Of a stretch of 64,000 nucleotides of DNA, positions 1-9,267 are shown in pieces (within the stretch, counting starts at the first letter, position 1; the number at the start of each line of letters is the position of its first letter). Source of the DNA: Desulfurococcaceae archaeon (GTDB taxonomy: Archaea > Thermoproteota > Thermoprotei_A > Sulfolobales > Desulfurococcaceae); NCBI GenBank assembly GCA_038894495.1, contig JAWAPI010000001.1:13796-77795 (forward strand). The letters are read 5' to 3'. The position numbers and the translations under genes are program-made. A model generated the notes under the pieces. It was not told the DNA's origin. It saw only the letters and a program-made list of their open reading frames with translations, and ran no database searches.

Positions 1-785
1 TCTCTAGTCGGATTAAACCTTATGACCTTTACACATCTTAAACCATGATTCACAATAATATTAGTATTCTTGTCCAAGTTCCCCACGTGATCTCCATCTA
101 CATATAGAAGAGCATTATTCCTATTCACAATTTCCAAGACAGAGAACCCAGGTATCACGAGACTAGGTGAGCTTAGCTGAATTGGATTAATGTAGTTTAA
201 AATAAGGACATTACTTATTGATGCTGTCAATGGACCCCCTGCTGATAAACCATGACCACTTGATCCATGCATAGTGCTAATTATTAAGCCATCGCCTTCT
301 ATGAATATATCACTATCAATATCATGTGTCTTAACCTTTATAGAGAACTTAGAAGCTTTTCCCAGATCAGAGCTTACAATAACGGCATCATTTATAAACA
401 TACTACAATTACTACCGTAGCATATTTGATATAATGGTATGAATTCTAGGTAGAAACGACTACTTAGAACACGATTTAATACCTCCTCGATACTTGGCAA
501 GCCATACTCATAATAAGTGTTTCTCCTTCCACAGGGATATGGTAAAATTAGAGGCTTTAGAAGAAGCTTAGATGCTCTTATAAATGTTCCATCACCACCT
601 ATACTGATCACTAGGTCGATATCTGATTCAATTGTTTTTAAACCATAAGTATGCGATAAATCATCTACAGTTAAAGCAAGTACGTTTACTCCATGAGACC
701 TTAAATACACAGTAGACTCACTAGCTAGAGTAAAGCACTTCTCGACGGGTTTGTAGATTATAAGAGCTTTGCTGAAAGGCCCCAT
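1..785 (-). CDS. nadK: NAD kinase, partial (3' end lies beyond window start)
   Basis: Absent from the ORF track because there is no stop in the window. My reverse-strand translation from ATG (785-783) reads MGPFSKALIIYKP..DLVISIGGDGTFIRASK..FIEGDGLIISTMHGSSGHGLSAGGP. The GGDGT motif and Gly-rich distal motif are NAD kinase hallmarks. Confidence 0.8.
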   Translation of the reverse strand, partial: MGPFSKALIIYKPVEKCFTLASESTVYLRSHGVNVLALTVDDLSHTYGLKTIESDIDLVISIGGDGTFIRASKLLLKPLILPYPCGRRNTYYEYGLPSIEEVLNRVLSSRFYLEFIPLYQICYGSNCSMFINDAVIVSSDLGKASKFSIKVKTHDIDSDIFIEGDGLIISTMHGSSGHGLSAGGPLTASISNVLILNYINPIQLSSPSLVIPGFSVLEIVNRNNALLYVDGDHVGNLDKNTNIIVNHGLRCVKVIRFNPTR

Positions 786-834
786 GTTTCCCCCTAATAC
801 TATCAGGCATCTACTTTTAATCACCTATTCGGGA

Positions 835-846
835 TTTATATTAATA
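835..846 (+). promoter_or_regulatory. TATA-like box (TTTATATTAATA) about 27 nt upstream of the ATG at 874
   Basis: AT-rich TATA-like element at the spacing expected for a leaderless archaeal transcript starting at 874. Confidence 0.4.
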
Positions 847-873
847 GATGCAAAAGAGGGACATGCCTCTATA

Positions 874-1848
874 ATGCCTCTATGTATTAGTGTTCATAAA
901 TCAATAGCCGAGAAAGCAATCAAAGAACTTAGGAAAAAAAGATTAATCAACGAGAATTATAAGATAGAGAGATCCGGCGAAGAAGTTATAATACCATTAA
1001 CTAATCACGCGGATGATGTAATCGAGCTATCTATTGGTAAATTCAATGTTTTAACATGTACTCCTACAACGCGAACTCCTCTCCCGAGTCTAAAGCTACC
1101 TTCACTAGATGTTCTAGGAGACGTAGTTATAATTAGAGAAAAAGTCACGGAGAAGTGGAATATTAATGAACTTGTGGTGAATATCAGAAGAGTTTATCCA
1201 AGAATAAAGGCTATATGGGTCAAGGAGGAGACAGTTGATTACTATAGAAGACCACTATTAAAACTCCTATGGGGCGAAGATGTAAAAGAAATCATTATAA
1301 AAGAGCATGGATTAAAGTTCAAAGTTAAACTAGGAGAAGTGTACTTTAACCCGAGATTATCCGAGGAGCATCACAGAATAGCACAATTCGCTAGAAATGG
1401 TGAAATCGTAATTGATGCATTTAGTGGTGTAGGTGGATTCGCTTTACACATAGCAACCAGTAAATACGCCTTAGTCATAGCTAATGATCTTAACCCAGTC
1501 GCATATGATCTTTTAGTAGAAAACATAGAATTAAATAGAAAAAGAGTCAAGGGAACTTTAATACCTCTAAACCTTGATACTAGAGAGCTACCGAGTATTG
1601 TACGCAAGGAGTCAGCTGATAGATTAATAGCTGATCTCCCTCTATGGAGTATTGAGTTTAAAGATATATACTCCGAACTCCTACGTCCCGGTGGATTTCT
1701 ACACTTGTATAAGCTATCTCAAAGCCCCATGGACATTGAACATGAAATAAAAGAAGTCTTCGAGGAGTGGGATGTAATTACTTGTAAGCTTATCTTAGAG
1801 TATGCTCCTAGAGCTGGGATATATCGATGTGATCTCATTAAGAGATAA
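874..1848 (+). CDS. trm5: tRNA methyltransferase, Trm5/Taw2 (Met-10+) family
   Basis: Carries FNPRLSEEHHRI, SAM-binding VIDAFSGVGGFALHIA, ANDLNP and IADLP motifs. The track ORF starts at TTG 769 and overlaps the nadK start. ATG 874 (MPLCISV..) is preferred because of the upstream TATA. Confidence 0.8.
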   Translation: MPLCISVHKSIAEKAIKELRKKRLINENYKIERSGEEVIIPLTNHADDVIELSIGKFNVLTCTPTTRTPLPSLKLPSLDVLGDVVIIREKVTEKWNINELVVNIRRVYPRIKAIWVKEETVDYYRRPLLKLLWGEDVKEIIIKEHGLKFKVKLGEVYFNPRLSEEHHRIAQFARNGEIVIDAFSGVGGFALHIATSKYALVIANDLNPVAYDLLVENIELNRKRVKGTLIPLNLDTRELPSIVRKESADRLIADLPLWSIEFKDIYSELLRPGGFLHLYKLSQSPMDIEHEIKEVFEEWDVITCKLILEYAPRAGIYRCDLIKR

Positions 1849-2274
1849 CACATAGAAATATACGTGTAAGAGTGTTTCTCTACTCCTCAATAGATCAACT
1901 ATGTCGCGTCTAATATCTCTCGCTGCTTTGTTTGCTTTAATACCAATTGTTGCAGGCTCTATGAAATTGCTTTTACGAAGAATGATCTTGTTTTCATCGC
2001 TGAGTATAAGTCTTGGGTCACCTTCGGCGAGAACAAGGTCTCGGAGCTTATTTACTTCTATTACAGTAATTAAAATAGTGTCTTCTTGTATTAAGCATTT
2101 TTTAAAATCCTCGCTGAGATCTATGGCTGATTTATCTGCGTTAACCCCTATGATACAATCTCCACGTGGAGTTAGATCGGGGTCTTTTGTTATCTCGAGT
2201 GTTGTAGAGTGTGTTGCCTTAATATTTGGATGTCCTCTTGCTTTAACGATTTCAACGCATATCAATTTACTCAT
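1795..2274 (-). CDS. DUF371 domain protein
   Basis: ARGHPNIKATHSTTLEITKD..LTPRGDCIIGVNADKS matches the conserved DUF371 core. There is a 54-nt convergent overlap with the trm5 3' end. Confidence 0.7.
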   Translation of the reverse strand: MSKLICVEIVKARGHPNIKATHSTTLEITKDPDLTPRGDCIIGVNADKSAIDLSEDFKKCLIQEDTILITVIEVNKLRDLVLAEGDPRLILSDENKIILRKSNFIEPATIGIKANKAARDIRRDIVDLLRSRETLLHVYFYVLSLNEITSIYPSSRSIL

Positions 2275-2329
2275 CCATGGAATTTAGAGTATTAAGATGT
2301 CTAAATAAATTAACATAGTGGTGTAGAAT

Positions 2330-3004
2330 TTGGATTTTGAGACTCAGAGAAGGAGAGTAGTAGAGTCCCTTGTATTAATGGGCTATGTGAAGAACCCACG
2401 TGTTATAAAAGCGTTGCTTAGTGTTCCACGAGAGCTTTTCGTGCCCGATCATATGAAGGAATATGCATACATAGATTCACCTCTCCCAATCGGGCATGGG
2501 CAGACAATAAGCGCTATCCATATGGTTGCAATAATGACAGACGAGTTGGATCCCGAGCCAGGTAATAAAGTGCTTGAAGTCGGCACAGGGTCTGGATATC
2601 AAGCAGCAGTCTTAGCTGAGATAGTTGCTAAGCAGGATCCAAATAGAATAGGTCGTGTATATACAATTGAGAGAATAAGAGAACTAGTTGAGCAAGCAAG
2701 GCGTAATCTAACAAGAGCTGGGTATATGAACTACGTTGAGGTTATTTATGGAGATGGAACACTTGGGTATCCCAGTAAAGCACCATTTGATAGAATTATT
2801 GTCACAGCAGCTGCTCCCGAGGTTCCAAGACCATTACTAGATCAGCTCGCAGATGGTGGAAGACTAGTTATACCTGTGGGTGACCTCTATATCCAGAGAT
2901 TATTAGTAATTGATAAACGAAATGGAAACCTATACAAGAGGTATGGTATAGAATGTATATTTGTTCCATTAGTAGGTGAGTATGGTTGGAAGATTAAAGT
3001 ATAA
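2330..3004 (+). CDS. pcm: protein-L-isoaspartate O-methyltransferase
   Basis: Carries VPRELFVP, ISAIHMVA and SAM motif VLEVGTGSGYQAAVLAEIV. Apparent TTG start. Confidence 0.9.
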   Translation: MDFETQRRRVVESLVLMGYVKNPRVIKALLSVPRELFVPDHMKEYAYIDSPLPIGHGQTISAIHMVAIMTDELDPEPGNKVLEVGTGSGYQAAVLAEIVAKQDPNRIGRVYTIERIRELVEQARRNLTRAGYMNYVEVIYGDGTLGYPSKAPFDRIIVTAAAPEVPRPLLDQLADGGRLVIPVGDLYIQRLLVIDKRNGNLYKRYGIECIFVPLVGEYGWKIKV

Positions 3005-3016
3005 TTATCAACAGCC

Positions 3017-4075
3017 CTATTTACGTATAAACCATTTAGCGAGTCCTTGCTGAGTCCCCTTAATATGCTCCCTGTATGCCTTCAATAATCTATCATAAGC
3101 GTTTCTTACTCGTTCTTCGCTGAAATCATGTTCTTTTACAAGTATTTCAATTATATTGTTTAAATCAGGCTCTCTCCACTCTAATATATAGTTTTTTAAA
3201 ACCGGTGGGTTTAAGAAGTATTTCTTTATCGTCACAACATCTACTTCCACGGGGGATTTTAATAGCGGTTTGGGTATTTTCTCAATACTACCATAGGTCT
3301 TAACATACTGGTAAGCTGTCTTTGCACCTATACCCTCAAATCCATCTGGATTATAGTCTGTTCCTATAAGGATACCAATATCTACTAATGCCTCATGGTT
3401 TATTCCAAGCTTTCTCAAAATCTTGTCAAGTTCCATGAGCTCAGGGTATATTTCAATGTATTCATCGCTTCTTGGTAGCTTTCTCTTACCGCTTATAGCG
3501 AGGTTTCTAATTAAACGAGGTGATCCGAACAAGAGACTATCATAGTCTTGAGAAGCAGATGCATATGCATCCCCCGTCTTAACCATGAAAGCTGCTTGTG
3601 CTTCGCCTTCAGCCGGTGCTTGAACCCATGGAATCCCCATCGCATCTAGTAATTTCTTCGAGTCTTCAACCATTTGATCGCTTAGCTTCGCTGCTATCGC
3701 TGCGTATCTTCGCGCAGCTTCTAAATCACCTGTTTTTAATGCTTCTTCATATTTCCTGGAGGCGTCTTCTTTGATCATACGTCTTTTCTCGATTTCTCTT
3801 GCTTTCAACTCAGGTGGTTTACCATCAAATACGTAGAGTGGTTTAATACCGTTTTCAACTAGATTTATTGTCCTATAGTATAATCCACTGAGATGACTAG
3901 TTATTCTACCTTGACTATCCATTAATGGTGTTCCATCAGGTTGTCTAATTGCAGTTAAGAACTGGTAGAGAGCGTTGTATGCATCTATTGCAACAACCTT
4001 GCCACGAAGTAATCTAAGGTCCTTTATAGGGGTTCTCAAGTCATCGGGGATTAAGTCCTTAAAATCAACACCCAT
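3017..4075 (-). CDS. fen1: flap endonuclease 1
   Basis: MGVDFKDLIP start, XPG-N/XPG-I motifs (AIDAYNALYQFL, VFDGKPPELK, GTDYNP) and a C-terminal PIP-like QQGLAKWF. Confidence 0.95.
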   Translation of the reverse strand: MGVDFKDLIPDDLRTPIKDLRLLRGKVVAIDAYNALYQFLTAIRQPDGTPLMDSQGRITSHLSGLYYRTINLVENGIKPLYVFDGKPPELKAREIEKRRMIKEDASRKYEEALKTGDLEAARRYAAIAAKLSDQMVEDSKKLLDAMGIPWVQAPAEGEAQAAFMVKTGDAYASASQDYDSLLFGSPRLIRNLAISGKRKLPRSDEYIEIYPELMELDKILRKLGINHEALVDIGILIGTDYNPDGFEGIGAKTAYQYVKTYGSIEKIPKPLLKSPVEVDVVTIKKYFLNPPVLKNYILEWREPDLNNIIEILVKEHDFSEERVRNAYDRLLKAYREHIKGTQQGLAKWFIRK

Positions 4076-4098
4076 TCAAGCCCCTTTAATCTATATGT

Positions 4099-4380
4099 CT
4101 AAACCTCCTTATTATGTACTTGGGATGAAAATTGTTGATAAGCTTGCAGTGTAAGCTTTATAAGAAATTCCTTTCCCACGTATTCAACCTGTACTAACCC
4201 TGCAAGCTCATATTTCATGAGTACGTTATATAGTTCGGAGATTGCAACCTCGATATCGTATTCTCTCTTTAATATCTCTACTAGCTTAGACTCGGTAATC
4301 CCCTCAGGTTTCGATATAATAATCTCTAATACTGCTCTATGTAAAGGCATTTTTCTCCATACTTCATGGTTCCTAGACAT
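4099..4380 (-). CDS. small winged-helix-like protein, function unknown
   Basis: 93 aa. GITESKLVEILKREYDI..ISELYNVLMKYELAGLV looks like a wHTH. It sits between cdc48 and fen1 on the same strand. No family recognised. Confidence 0.45.
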   Translation of the reverse strand: MSRNHEVWRKMPLHRAVLEIIISKPEGITESKLVEILKREYDIEVAISELYNVLMKYELAGLVQVEYVGKEFLIKLTLQAYQQFSSQVHNKEV

Positions 4381-4389
4381 TTACATCAC

Positions 4390-6588
4390 CTATGTATATA
4401 TAGATGGCTTAGAGACCTGTCTTGGAGCAGAGCGTCTTATTCTTTCATTCCAATCAATATAGAATTTAACTAATTCATCACTTAAACTCGGTTTAATAAT
4501 CTCAAGTGCTTTTACAAAGTGTCTTTTCTCAATCGCCTTTATGTATAGGTTTTCCCTGAGTGCTATGAATAATGCTTCTCTCACAAGAGCCTCGAGATCG
4601 GCGCCATTGTAATTCTCTGTGTTCTTTGCCAATTCATGTAGATCGACATCAAGACCTATCGGTAAGTAACGAGTATGTATTCTAAGTATTTCAACTCTTT
4701 CATTAAAATCCGGTGGTGGGACGTAAACAAGCTTATCGAATCTACCAGGTCTCAACAGGGCGGGGTCGACTAGGTCAGGTCTATTAGTGGCTGCTATTAC
4801 CACGACATTGTTTAATTCTTTTATTCCATCTAACTCTGTAACGAGTTGTGTGACAACTCTCTCTGAGACCCCTGAGTCGCTTGCATATCCTCTTATAGGG
4901 GCTATCGCATCTATTTCATCTATGAATACAATACTAGGTGCATATAGTCTAGCTTTCTTAAATATCTCTCTAACAGCTCTCTCTGATTCACCAACCCATT
5001 TACTCAATATCTCAGGTCCTCTTATCGCGATGAAGTTGACTTTACTTTCCTTGGCGACAGCTTTTGCTAGTAGTGTTTTTCCACATCCTGGTGGTCCATA
5101 TAGTAGTATTCCTTTAGGTGGCTTAATACCGAATTTTTCATATATCTCGGGGTTTTTCAGAGGTAGCTCCACGTTCTCTCTCAATATCTGCTTTGCCTCT
5201 GATAATCCACCAATATCCCTCCATGTAATATCAGGAATTTCTTCGTATATCTCTCTTAAACCACTAGGAATGATGTTTCTAAAAGCATGTATAAAGTCCT
5301 CGTTTGTAACAATAATATTTAGTAATAAGTTTTCTTGGTCATGTTCTCCATGTTTATTGATCACTCGTTTAATTGCTCTCATTGTTGCTTCTTTTACCAA
5401 CGCGGCGAGATCTGCCCCTGTAAACCCATGAGTCATCTCAGCGATTTTCTCCAGGTCTACATCAGGAGCTAGTAGTGACACCTCTCTTAATCTCCTTGTA
5501 TGCACCATTAAAATCTCGTATCTACCTTTCTTATCAGGTATTGGTATTTCTATTTCAACATCGAATCTACCCGGTCTCCTGAGTGCTGGGTCTACAGCGT
5601 TTGGTCTATTTGTAGCAGCTATTACTATTACGTTTCCCCTACTCTCAAGTCCATCCATTAAAGCAAGTAATTGAGCCACTACGCGCTTCTCAACCTCACC
5701 TGTTACCTCGTCTCTTCTAGGGGCTATTGCATCTATTTCATCTATGAAGATTATAGCGGGATATTTCTTTGATTTCTTCTTAGCTATCTTAAATATCTCT
5801 CTTAGTCTCTGCTCTGACTCACCATAGAACTTGCTCATGATCTCTGGTCCATTGATAACAAGGAAATGCGCGTTTAACTCATTTGCTAGTGCTTTTGCTA
5901 GTAGTGTTTTTCCACATCCTGGTGGTCCATATAGTAGTATTCCTTTAGGTGGCTCTATGCCTAGCCGTGAGAAGATTTTACGATATCTAAATGGTAATTC
6001 AACGATATCCTTTATTTTCTCAATTACACCTCCAAGGCCACCTATATCTTCAAATGTGATTCTCGGTATTTCACCAACAGGTTCGTCGAAAACTATTATC
6101 TCGGTCTCCTCCGTTATAATAGCAGGTCCTTTAGGCTTAATAGATACCACCTTGAAAGGTATCTTGACCCCTTCAATCGTAACGAATACTTCGTTTCCTT
6201 CGTGAACAGGATGTGATAGTATGCAGTGTTTAATTCTATTCACTACGTTCTGGTCAACGGGGGCATGGAAGTTCACAGGTGCTAGTTTAACTAGCTTAGC
6301 AAATCTTCTCTCTAATCTCTCAACGTATACTAAGTCACCTATATCAATATGAGCGTTTTTTACCACTCTTTTACTAAGCCTAATAATACCCCTGCCTCTA
6401 TCTTCTTCAAGGCCTTTTTGCGCTATGGCGGTTGCTTCATGCTCCCCATCTATGAGTAATAGATCCCCGGGCACTATACCAGATCTATCTATTATCTCTG
6501 GATCTATTAATGCAACGTAGTCTTCTAGTTCACTAGGTAATTCCTCTACTTTCAACACAACTCTAACCTGCTTTAACATCAAACTCAA
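4390..6588 (-). CDS. cdc48: CDC48/VCP-like AAA+ ATPase
   Basis: Two AAA modules, each with [13 protein letters not shown] (Walker A) and [10 protein letters not shown] (Walker B), plus an N-terminal CDC48-type domain. Confidence 0.95.
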   Translation of the reverse strand: MSLMLKQVRVVLKVEELPSELEDYVALIDPEIIDRSGIVPGDLLLIDGEHEATAIAQKGLEEDRGRGIIRLSKRVVKNAHIDIGDLVYVERLERRFAKLVKLAPVNFHAPVDQNVVNRIKHCILSHPVHEGNEVFVTIEGVKIPFKVVSIKPKGPAIITEETEIIVFDEPVGEIPRITFEDIGGLGGVIEKIKDIVELPFRYRKIFSRLGIEPPKGILLYGPPGCGKTLLAKALANELNAHFLVINGPEIMSKFYGESEQRLREIFKIAKKKSKKYPAIIFIDEIDAIAPRRDEVTGEVEKRVVAQLLALMDGLESRGNVIVIAATNRPNAVDPALRRPGRFDVEIEIPIPDKKGRYEILMVHTRRLREVSLLAPDVDLEKIAEMTHGFTGADLAALVKEATMRAIKRVINKHGEHDQENLLLNIIVTNEDFIHAFRNIIPSGLREIYEEIPDITWRDIGGLSEAKQILRENVELPLKNPEIYEKFGIKPPKGILLYGPPGCGKTLLAKAVAKESKVNFIAIRGPEILSKWVGESERAVREIFKKARLYAPSIVFIDEIDAIAPIRGYASDSGVSERVVTQLVTELDGIKELNNVVVIAATNRPDLVDPALLRPGRFDKLVYVPPPDFNERVEILRIHTRYLPIGLDVDLHELAKNTENYNGADLEALVREALFIALRENLYIKAIEKRHFVKALEIIKPSLSDELVKFYIDWNERIRRSAPRQVSKPSIYT
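5060..5123. repeat. 64-nt perfect intragenic repeat, copy 1 (CDC48 D2 Walker A region)
   Basis: gcttttgctagtagtgtttttccacatcctggtggtccatatagtagtattcctttaggtggct is identical to 5891-5954. Confidence 0.9.
5891..5954. repeat. 64-nt perfect intragenic repeat, copy 2 (CDC48 D1 Walker A region)
   Basis: Identical to 5060-5123. Both encode [21 protein letters not shown]. Confidence 0.9.
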
Positions 6589-6625
6589 CCTGCACTTTAC
6601 CTACCAGCTAGTAAAGACTAGTTAA

Positions 6626-6700
6626 TGGGCCCGCGGGGATTTGAACCCCGGACCTCCGCCTCGTCAGGGCGGCGTCCTAGCCAGGCTAGACGACGGGCCC
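6626..6700 (-). tRNA. tRNA-Val (GAC)
   Basis: Hand-folded cloverleaf: GGGCCCG/CGGGCCC acceptor, anticodon stem CCGCC/GGCGG, loop CUGACGA, T-loop TTCAAAT. 75 nt, no encoded CCA. Confidence 0.9.
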
Positions 6701-6790
6701 TCTAATAATGGAGCATTATATATGGGCTTAAATAACTTTATTTAATCTATTATCCAGTTATTGAATCGATAGGAATATAGATTACTTCAG

Positions 6791-6916
6791 TGGGCCCGGG
6801 GGGATTTGAACCCCCGACCTACGGGTCACTCCTCCAGACTTAGATCATCCCAGATGGTCTTTTGACCCATAGCGGAGTCTGGAGCCCGCCGCTCCGCCTA
6901 GCTGAGCTACGGGCCC
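6791..6916 (-). tRNA. tRNA-Trp (CCA) with 52-nt intron at 37/38
   Basis: Acceptor GGGCCCG/CGGGCCC, D arm GCTC..GAGC, anticodon stem GCGGG/CCCGT, loop CUCCAG|intron|A, T arm GGGGG-TTCAAAT-CCCCC. Exons are 6879-6916 and 6791-6826. Confidence 0.85.
6827..6878 (-). other. tRNA-Trp intron (52 nt)
   Basis: RNA sense: ACUCCGCUAUGGGUCAAAAGACCAUCUGGGAUGAUCUAAGUCUGGAGGAGUG. It contains AGUCUGGAG, complementary to the anticodon loop, and a GGUC-AAAA-GACC hairpin. Confidence 0.8.
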
Positions 6917-6963
6917 ACCGTAGTTCATCAAGTAATGATTTTTACAATAAGGTATTAAAAACC

Positions 6964-6971
6964 TTTATAAT
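6964..6971 (+). promoter_or_regulatory. TATA box (TTTATAAT) about 27 nt upstream of the TTG at 6998
   Basis: Spacing fits a leaderless transcript of the 6998 gene. Confidence 0.4.
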
Positions 6972-6997
6972 CTTAGTAGAATACGAGAGCTTCAATC

Positions 6998-7510
6998 TTG
7001 GTGTTTTCCGCATTGAAATATCCATTAGACAAAGTATGTGTCAAGAGCGGTGTTTTCTGCTCATCATGCCAGAGAAAAATAGAAGCAGGGATCGTCTCGG
7101 AGGACGATATACAAGTACTACGTGCATTGGTTAATCTCGAGAATAAACTAAAGTTTTTGAAAAAAGGTGAATATGTTAAATCGATCAATATAGGAGAAGA
7201 GTCAGTCGTTCTCGTTAGAGATGAATTTGATCAATCTGAAATAGATATACTCGAGAAAGAGTTGTCAAATCTCATGGATAGAAAAGTCAAGGTTATAGAG
7301 TATGTTAATGACTTGAAAAAGTTAATAGAGCAGATAATATCCCCAGCTACATTGCTAGGTCTTAACAAAATATGGTTACCTACAGGCGAGGAAATAATCA
7401 ATGTAAGGATTTCAGCAAGAGATAGGAGAATTATAGGTAAAAATAGGGAACTATATGAGCAGTTAATCGAGAAAATCAGTGGCTTAAAAACAAGAATAGT
7501 TTTTGAATAG
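6998..7510 (+). CDS. putative RNA-binding protein, N-terminal Cys motif plus NusA-like KH domain
   Basis: The C-terminal ISPATLLGLNKIWLPTGEEIINVRISARDRRIIGKNRELYEQLIEKISG resembles the archaeal NusA KH module (..PA.v..v......V.v...d...aIGK.G.N). The N-terminus has CVKSGVFCSSC. Confidence 0.5.
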   Translation: MVFSALKYPLDKVCVKSGVFCSSCQRKIEAGIVSEDDIQVLRALVNLENKLKFLKKGEYVKSINIGEESVVLVRDEFDQSEIDILEKELSNLMDRKVKVIEYVNDLKKLIEQIISPATLLGLNKIWLPTGEEIINVRISARDRRIIGKNRELYEQLIEKISGLKTRIVFE

Positions 7511-8599
7511 TTATTCCTCTATACTTAATCTATCTTTAAAGATCTCTCTTAAAACAATAGATGCATACATACCAGGCTTTAATTGAAATTCGTAGATCAA
7601 TGATCCCTTATCCTCGTAAATGAGATTATTAAGTGGCTTAAATAATCCATTTCGATAAAAACACGGTAACTTATCTAGTAAGACTGGATCCACTCCCTCG
7701 GACTCCGCTATATTATGGTAGAGATCTCTATGAGCAGTGCATCCAGGCATAGGAATAGGGAAATTAAGCGATTGAAGTCCACGTGTTTCTATAATTGCAT
7801 TTAGAAGCAAATTATACAAGTAACTAGCATATGCATCTATGAACAATTCATTGAGATATTTAAGTATCTTTTTCGATGCTTTAGAGACTGGTGAGGTAAT
7901 ATATAGTTTTTCATATAGTAAGTTACCATAGTCACCTGTAATCCTTGAAAGCGTTGGTTTAGCGTCTTCAAGTGGATAAAGAGATTTAAGTAACTGATAT
8001 GAGAAATAATCCTCCCTGCCAAGTAAGAGATATTTTCCAAGGACATGTGTATTATATCTCCTTAATCCAAATCGCTGGTATCCGTAGTAAGAGGGCAGTC
8101 CTATGATGCTTATATAATCAACTATCTCTCTCAACTCATTTATGATCTCTGATCTAGTATTGCTAATATGCACTTTGAACTTGTTACCTCTATAGTGGCT
8201 TACGCGTGGTTTTACCTTTACATATCCCTTTAACTCTACTATAAGGTTGTCTCTTATTACTGGTAGAGAAGCTTGATCCACTAGTTTTGATTTAATGAAT
8301 AGATATGATCTAGTTGTAGCATTCTTATCTTTAATGCCGTAGAAGAATAAATTAGATCTCGGTATATTAAGGTCTTTTGACACTATTGAAACAGCTTTAA
8401 ACATCTCAATATTCTTCTTGTATATCTCTAGGACAACATACTCCCCCCTCTCCTTGTTGAATCCTAGTTCATTTAGATCCACTATTTCACTCACATGGAA
8501 TGTCTCAGCATTCAAGTTAAACTCTAATGGAAGATGTCTATTTGTAATAGTGTATTTGATCCCAGAGACATAGTCCAGTGGATGCGGATATATTAGCAT
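7511..8599 (-). CDS. truD: tRNA pseudouridine synthase TruD/Pus7 family
   Basis: YGIKDKNATT (catalytic-Asp GxKD motif) and YYGYQRFG motif. 362 aa. Confidence 0.8.
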   Translation of the reverse strand: MLIYPHPLDYVSGIKYTITNRHLPLEFNLNAETFHVSEIVDLNELGFNKERGEYVVLEIYKKNIEMFKAVSIVSKDLNIPRSNLFFYGIKDKNATTRSYLFIKSKLVDQASLPVIRDNLIVELKGYVKVKPRVSHYRGNKFKVHISNTRSEIINELREIVDYISIIGLPSYYGYQRFGLRRYNTHVLGKYLLLGREDYFSYQLLKSLYPLEDAKPTLSRITGDYGNLLYEKLYITSPVSKASKKILKYLNELFIDAYASYLYNLLLNAIIETRGLQSLNFPIPMPGCTAHRDLYHNIAESEGVDPVLLDKLPCFYRNGLFKPLNNLIYEDKGSLIYEFQLKPGMYASIVLREIFKDRLSIEE

Positions 8600-8609
8600 G
8601 TCCTGGAAC

Positions 8610-8957
8610 CTATAGTGTTTTTAAGTGACCTGTTATCTTATCAACTCTATCCTCAGGGGCAGGCCCTATTCCAACAGCTGTTACGGTGCCTGGAGGTAGT
8701 TCAGTGAGACCTGCATCGGTTACAAGAGACACAGGTAATTCATTAATCTTTGCTTTCTCATATATCTCTAGTAGCTCTTTCTCACTGTTCACTCTGAGAA
8801 CAACTTTTTTCTGACCACTAATCCACCATTCATGAAACCATTCCTGGGCTTTTTTACTTGCCTCGAAAGCAGCTATTACAGAGGCATGCGCAACTTGAAC
8901 AGCTAACTTGCCTCTACTCATGTTAAGGTCGCTTCTAACAACAATTACTTGCTTCAA
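8610..8957 (-). CDS. pth2: peptidyl-tRNA hydrolase, archaeal Pth2 type
   Basis: MKQVIVVRSDLNMSRGKLAVQVAHASV..VTDAGLTELPPGTVTAVGIGP. Confidence 0.9.
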   Translation of the reverse strand: MKQVIVVRSDLNMSRGKLAVQVAHASVIAAFEASKKAQEWFHEWWISGQKKVVLRVNSEKELLEIYEKAKINELPVSLVTDAGLTELPPGTVTAVGIGPAPEDRVDKITGHLKTL

Positions 8958-9098
8958 CTAGGACACCTTTAATAAGTTTCACTAGGTTATTTATAAGTAA
9001 TTTAATACATGTATCCATTTAGTTAGATAAATAGTTTAAGGTGATATAATACGAGTAGTGAGAGTCGCGGAGAAACCAGTTTACATGAAACAGCTATA

Positions 9099-9260
9099 AT
9101 GACTGTGTGCATAAGCTGTAAGAAACCATTTACCCCAGGAGAACACGGCGTCGAGTTCCCCTGCCCAAACTGCGGAAAAGGAGTTATAAGGAGATGCAAG
9201 AGATGTCGACAACTAGCTGTTGAGTATACATGTCCTAATTGTGGATTTAGAGGTCCATGA
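9099..9260 (+). CDS. zinc-ribbon protein (COG2888-like, 4x CxxC), 53 aa
   Basis: Not in the ORF track (under 60 aa). My translation: MTVCISCKKPFTPGEHGVEFPCPNCGKGVIRRCKRCRQLAVEYTCPNCGFRGP. It lies directly upstream of aEF-1beta, a conserved archaeal pairing. Confidence 0.7.
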   Translation: MTVCISCKKPFTPGEHGVEFPCPNCGKGVIRRCKRCRQLAVEYTCPNCGFRGP

Positions 9261-9267
9261 GGTGGTT

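Noticed and set aside
4787-6205. Long plus-strand ORFs (4787-5431, 214 aa; 5831-6205, 124 aa) antisense to cdc48.
   Set aside because: They lie fully inside a very well supported AAA+ gene and are Ser/Leu/Ile-rich with low complexity. Both contain the same [20 protein letters not shown] simply because they mirror the 64-nt internal repeat. They are typical antisense artefacts.
6862-7188. ORFs 6862-7134 (+) and 6973-7188 (-).
   Set aside because: The first starts inside the tRNA-Trp gene. The second is antisense to the KH-domain gene. Neither has a motif or promoter logic.
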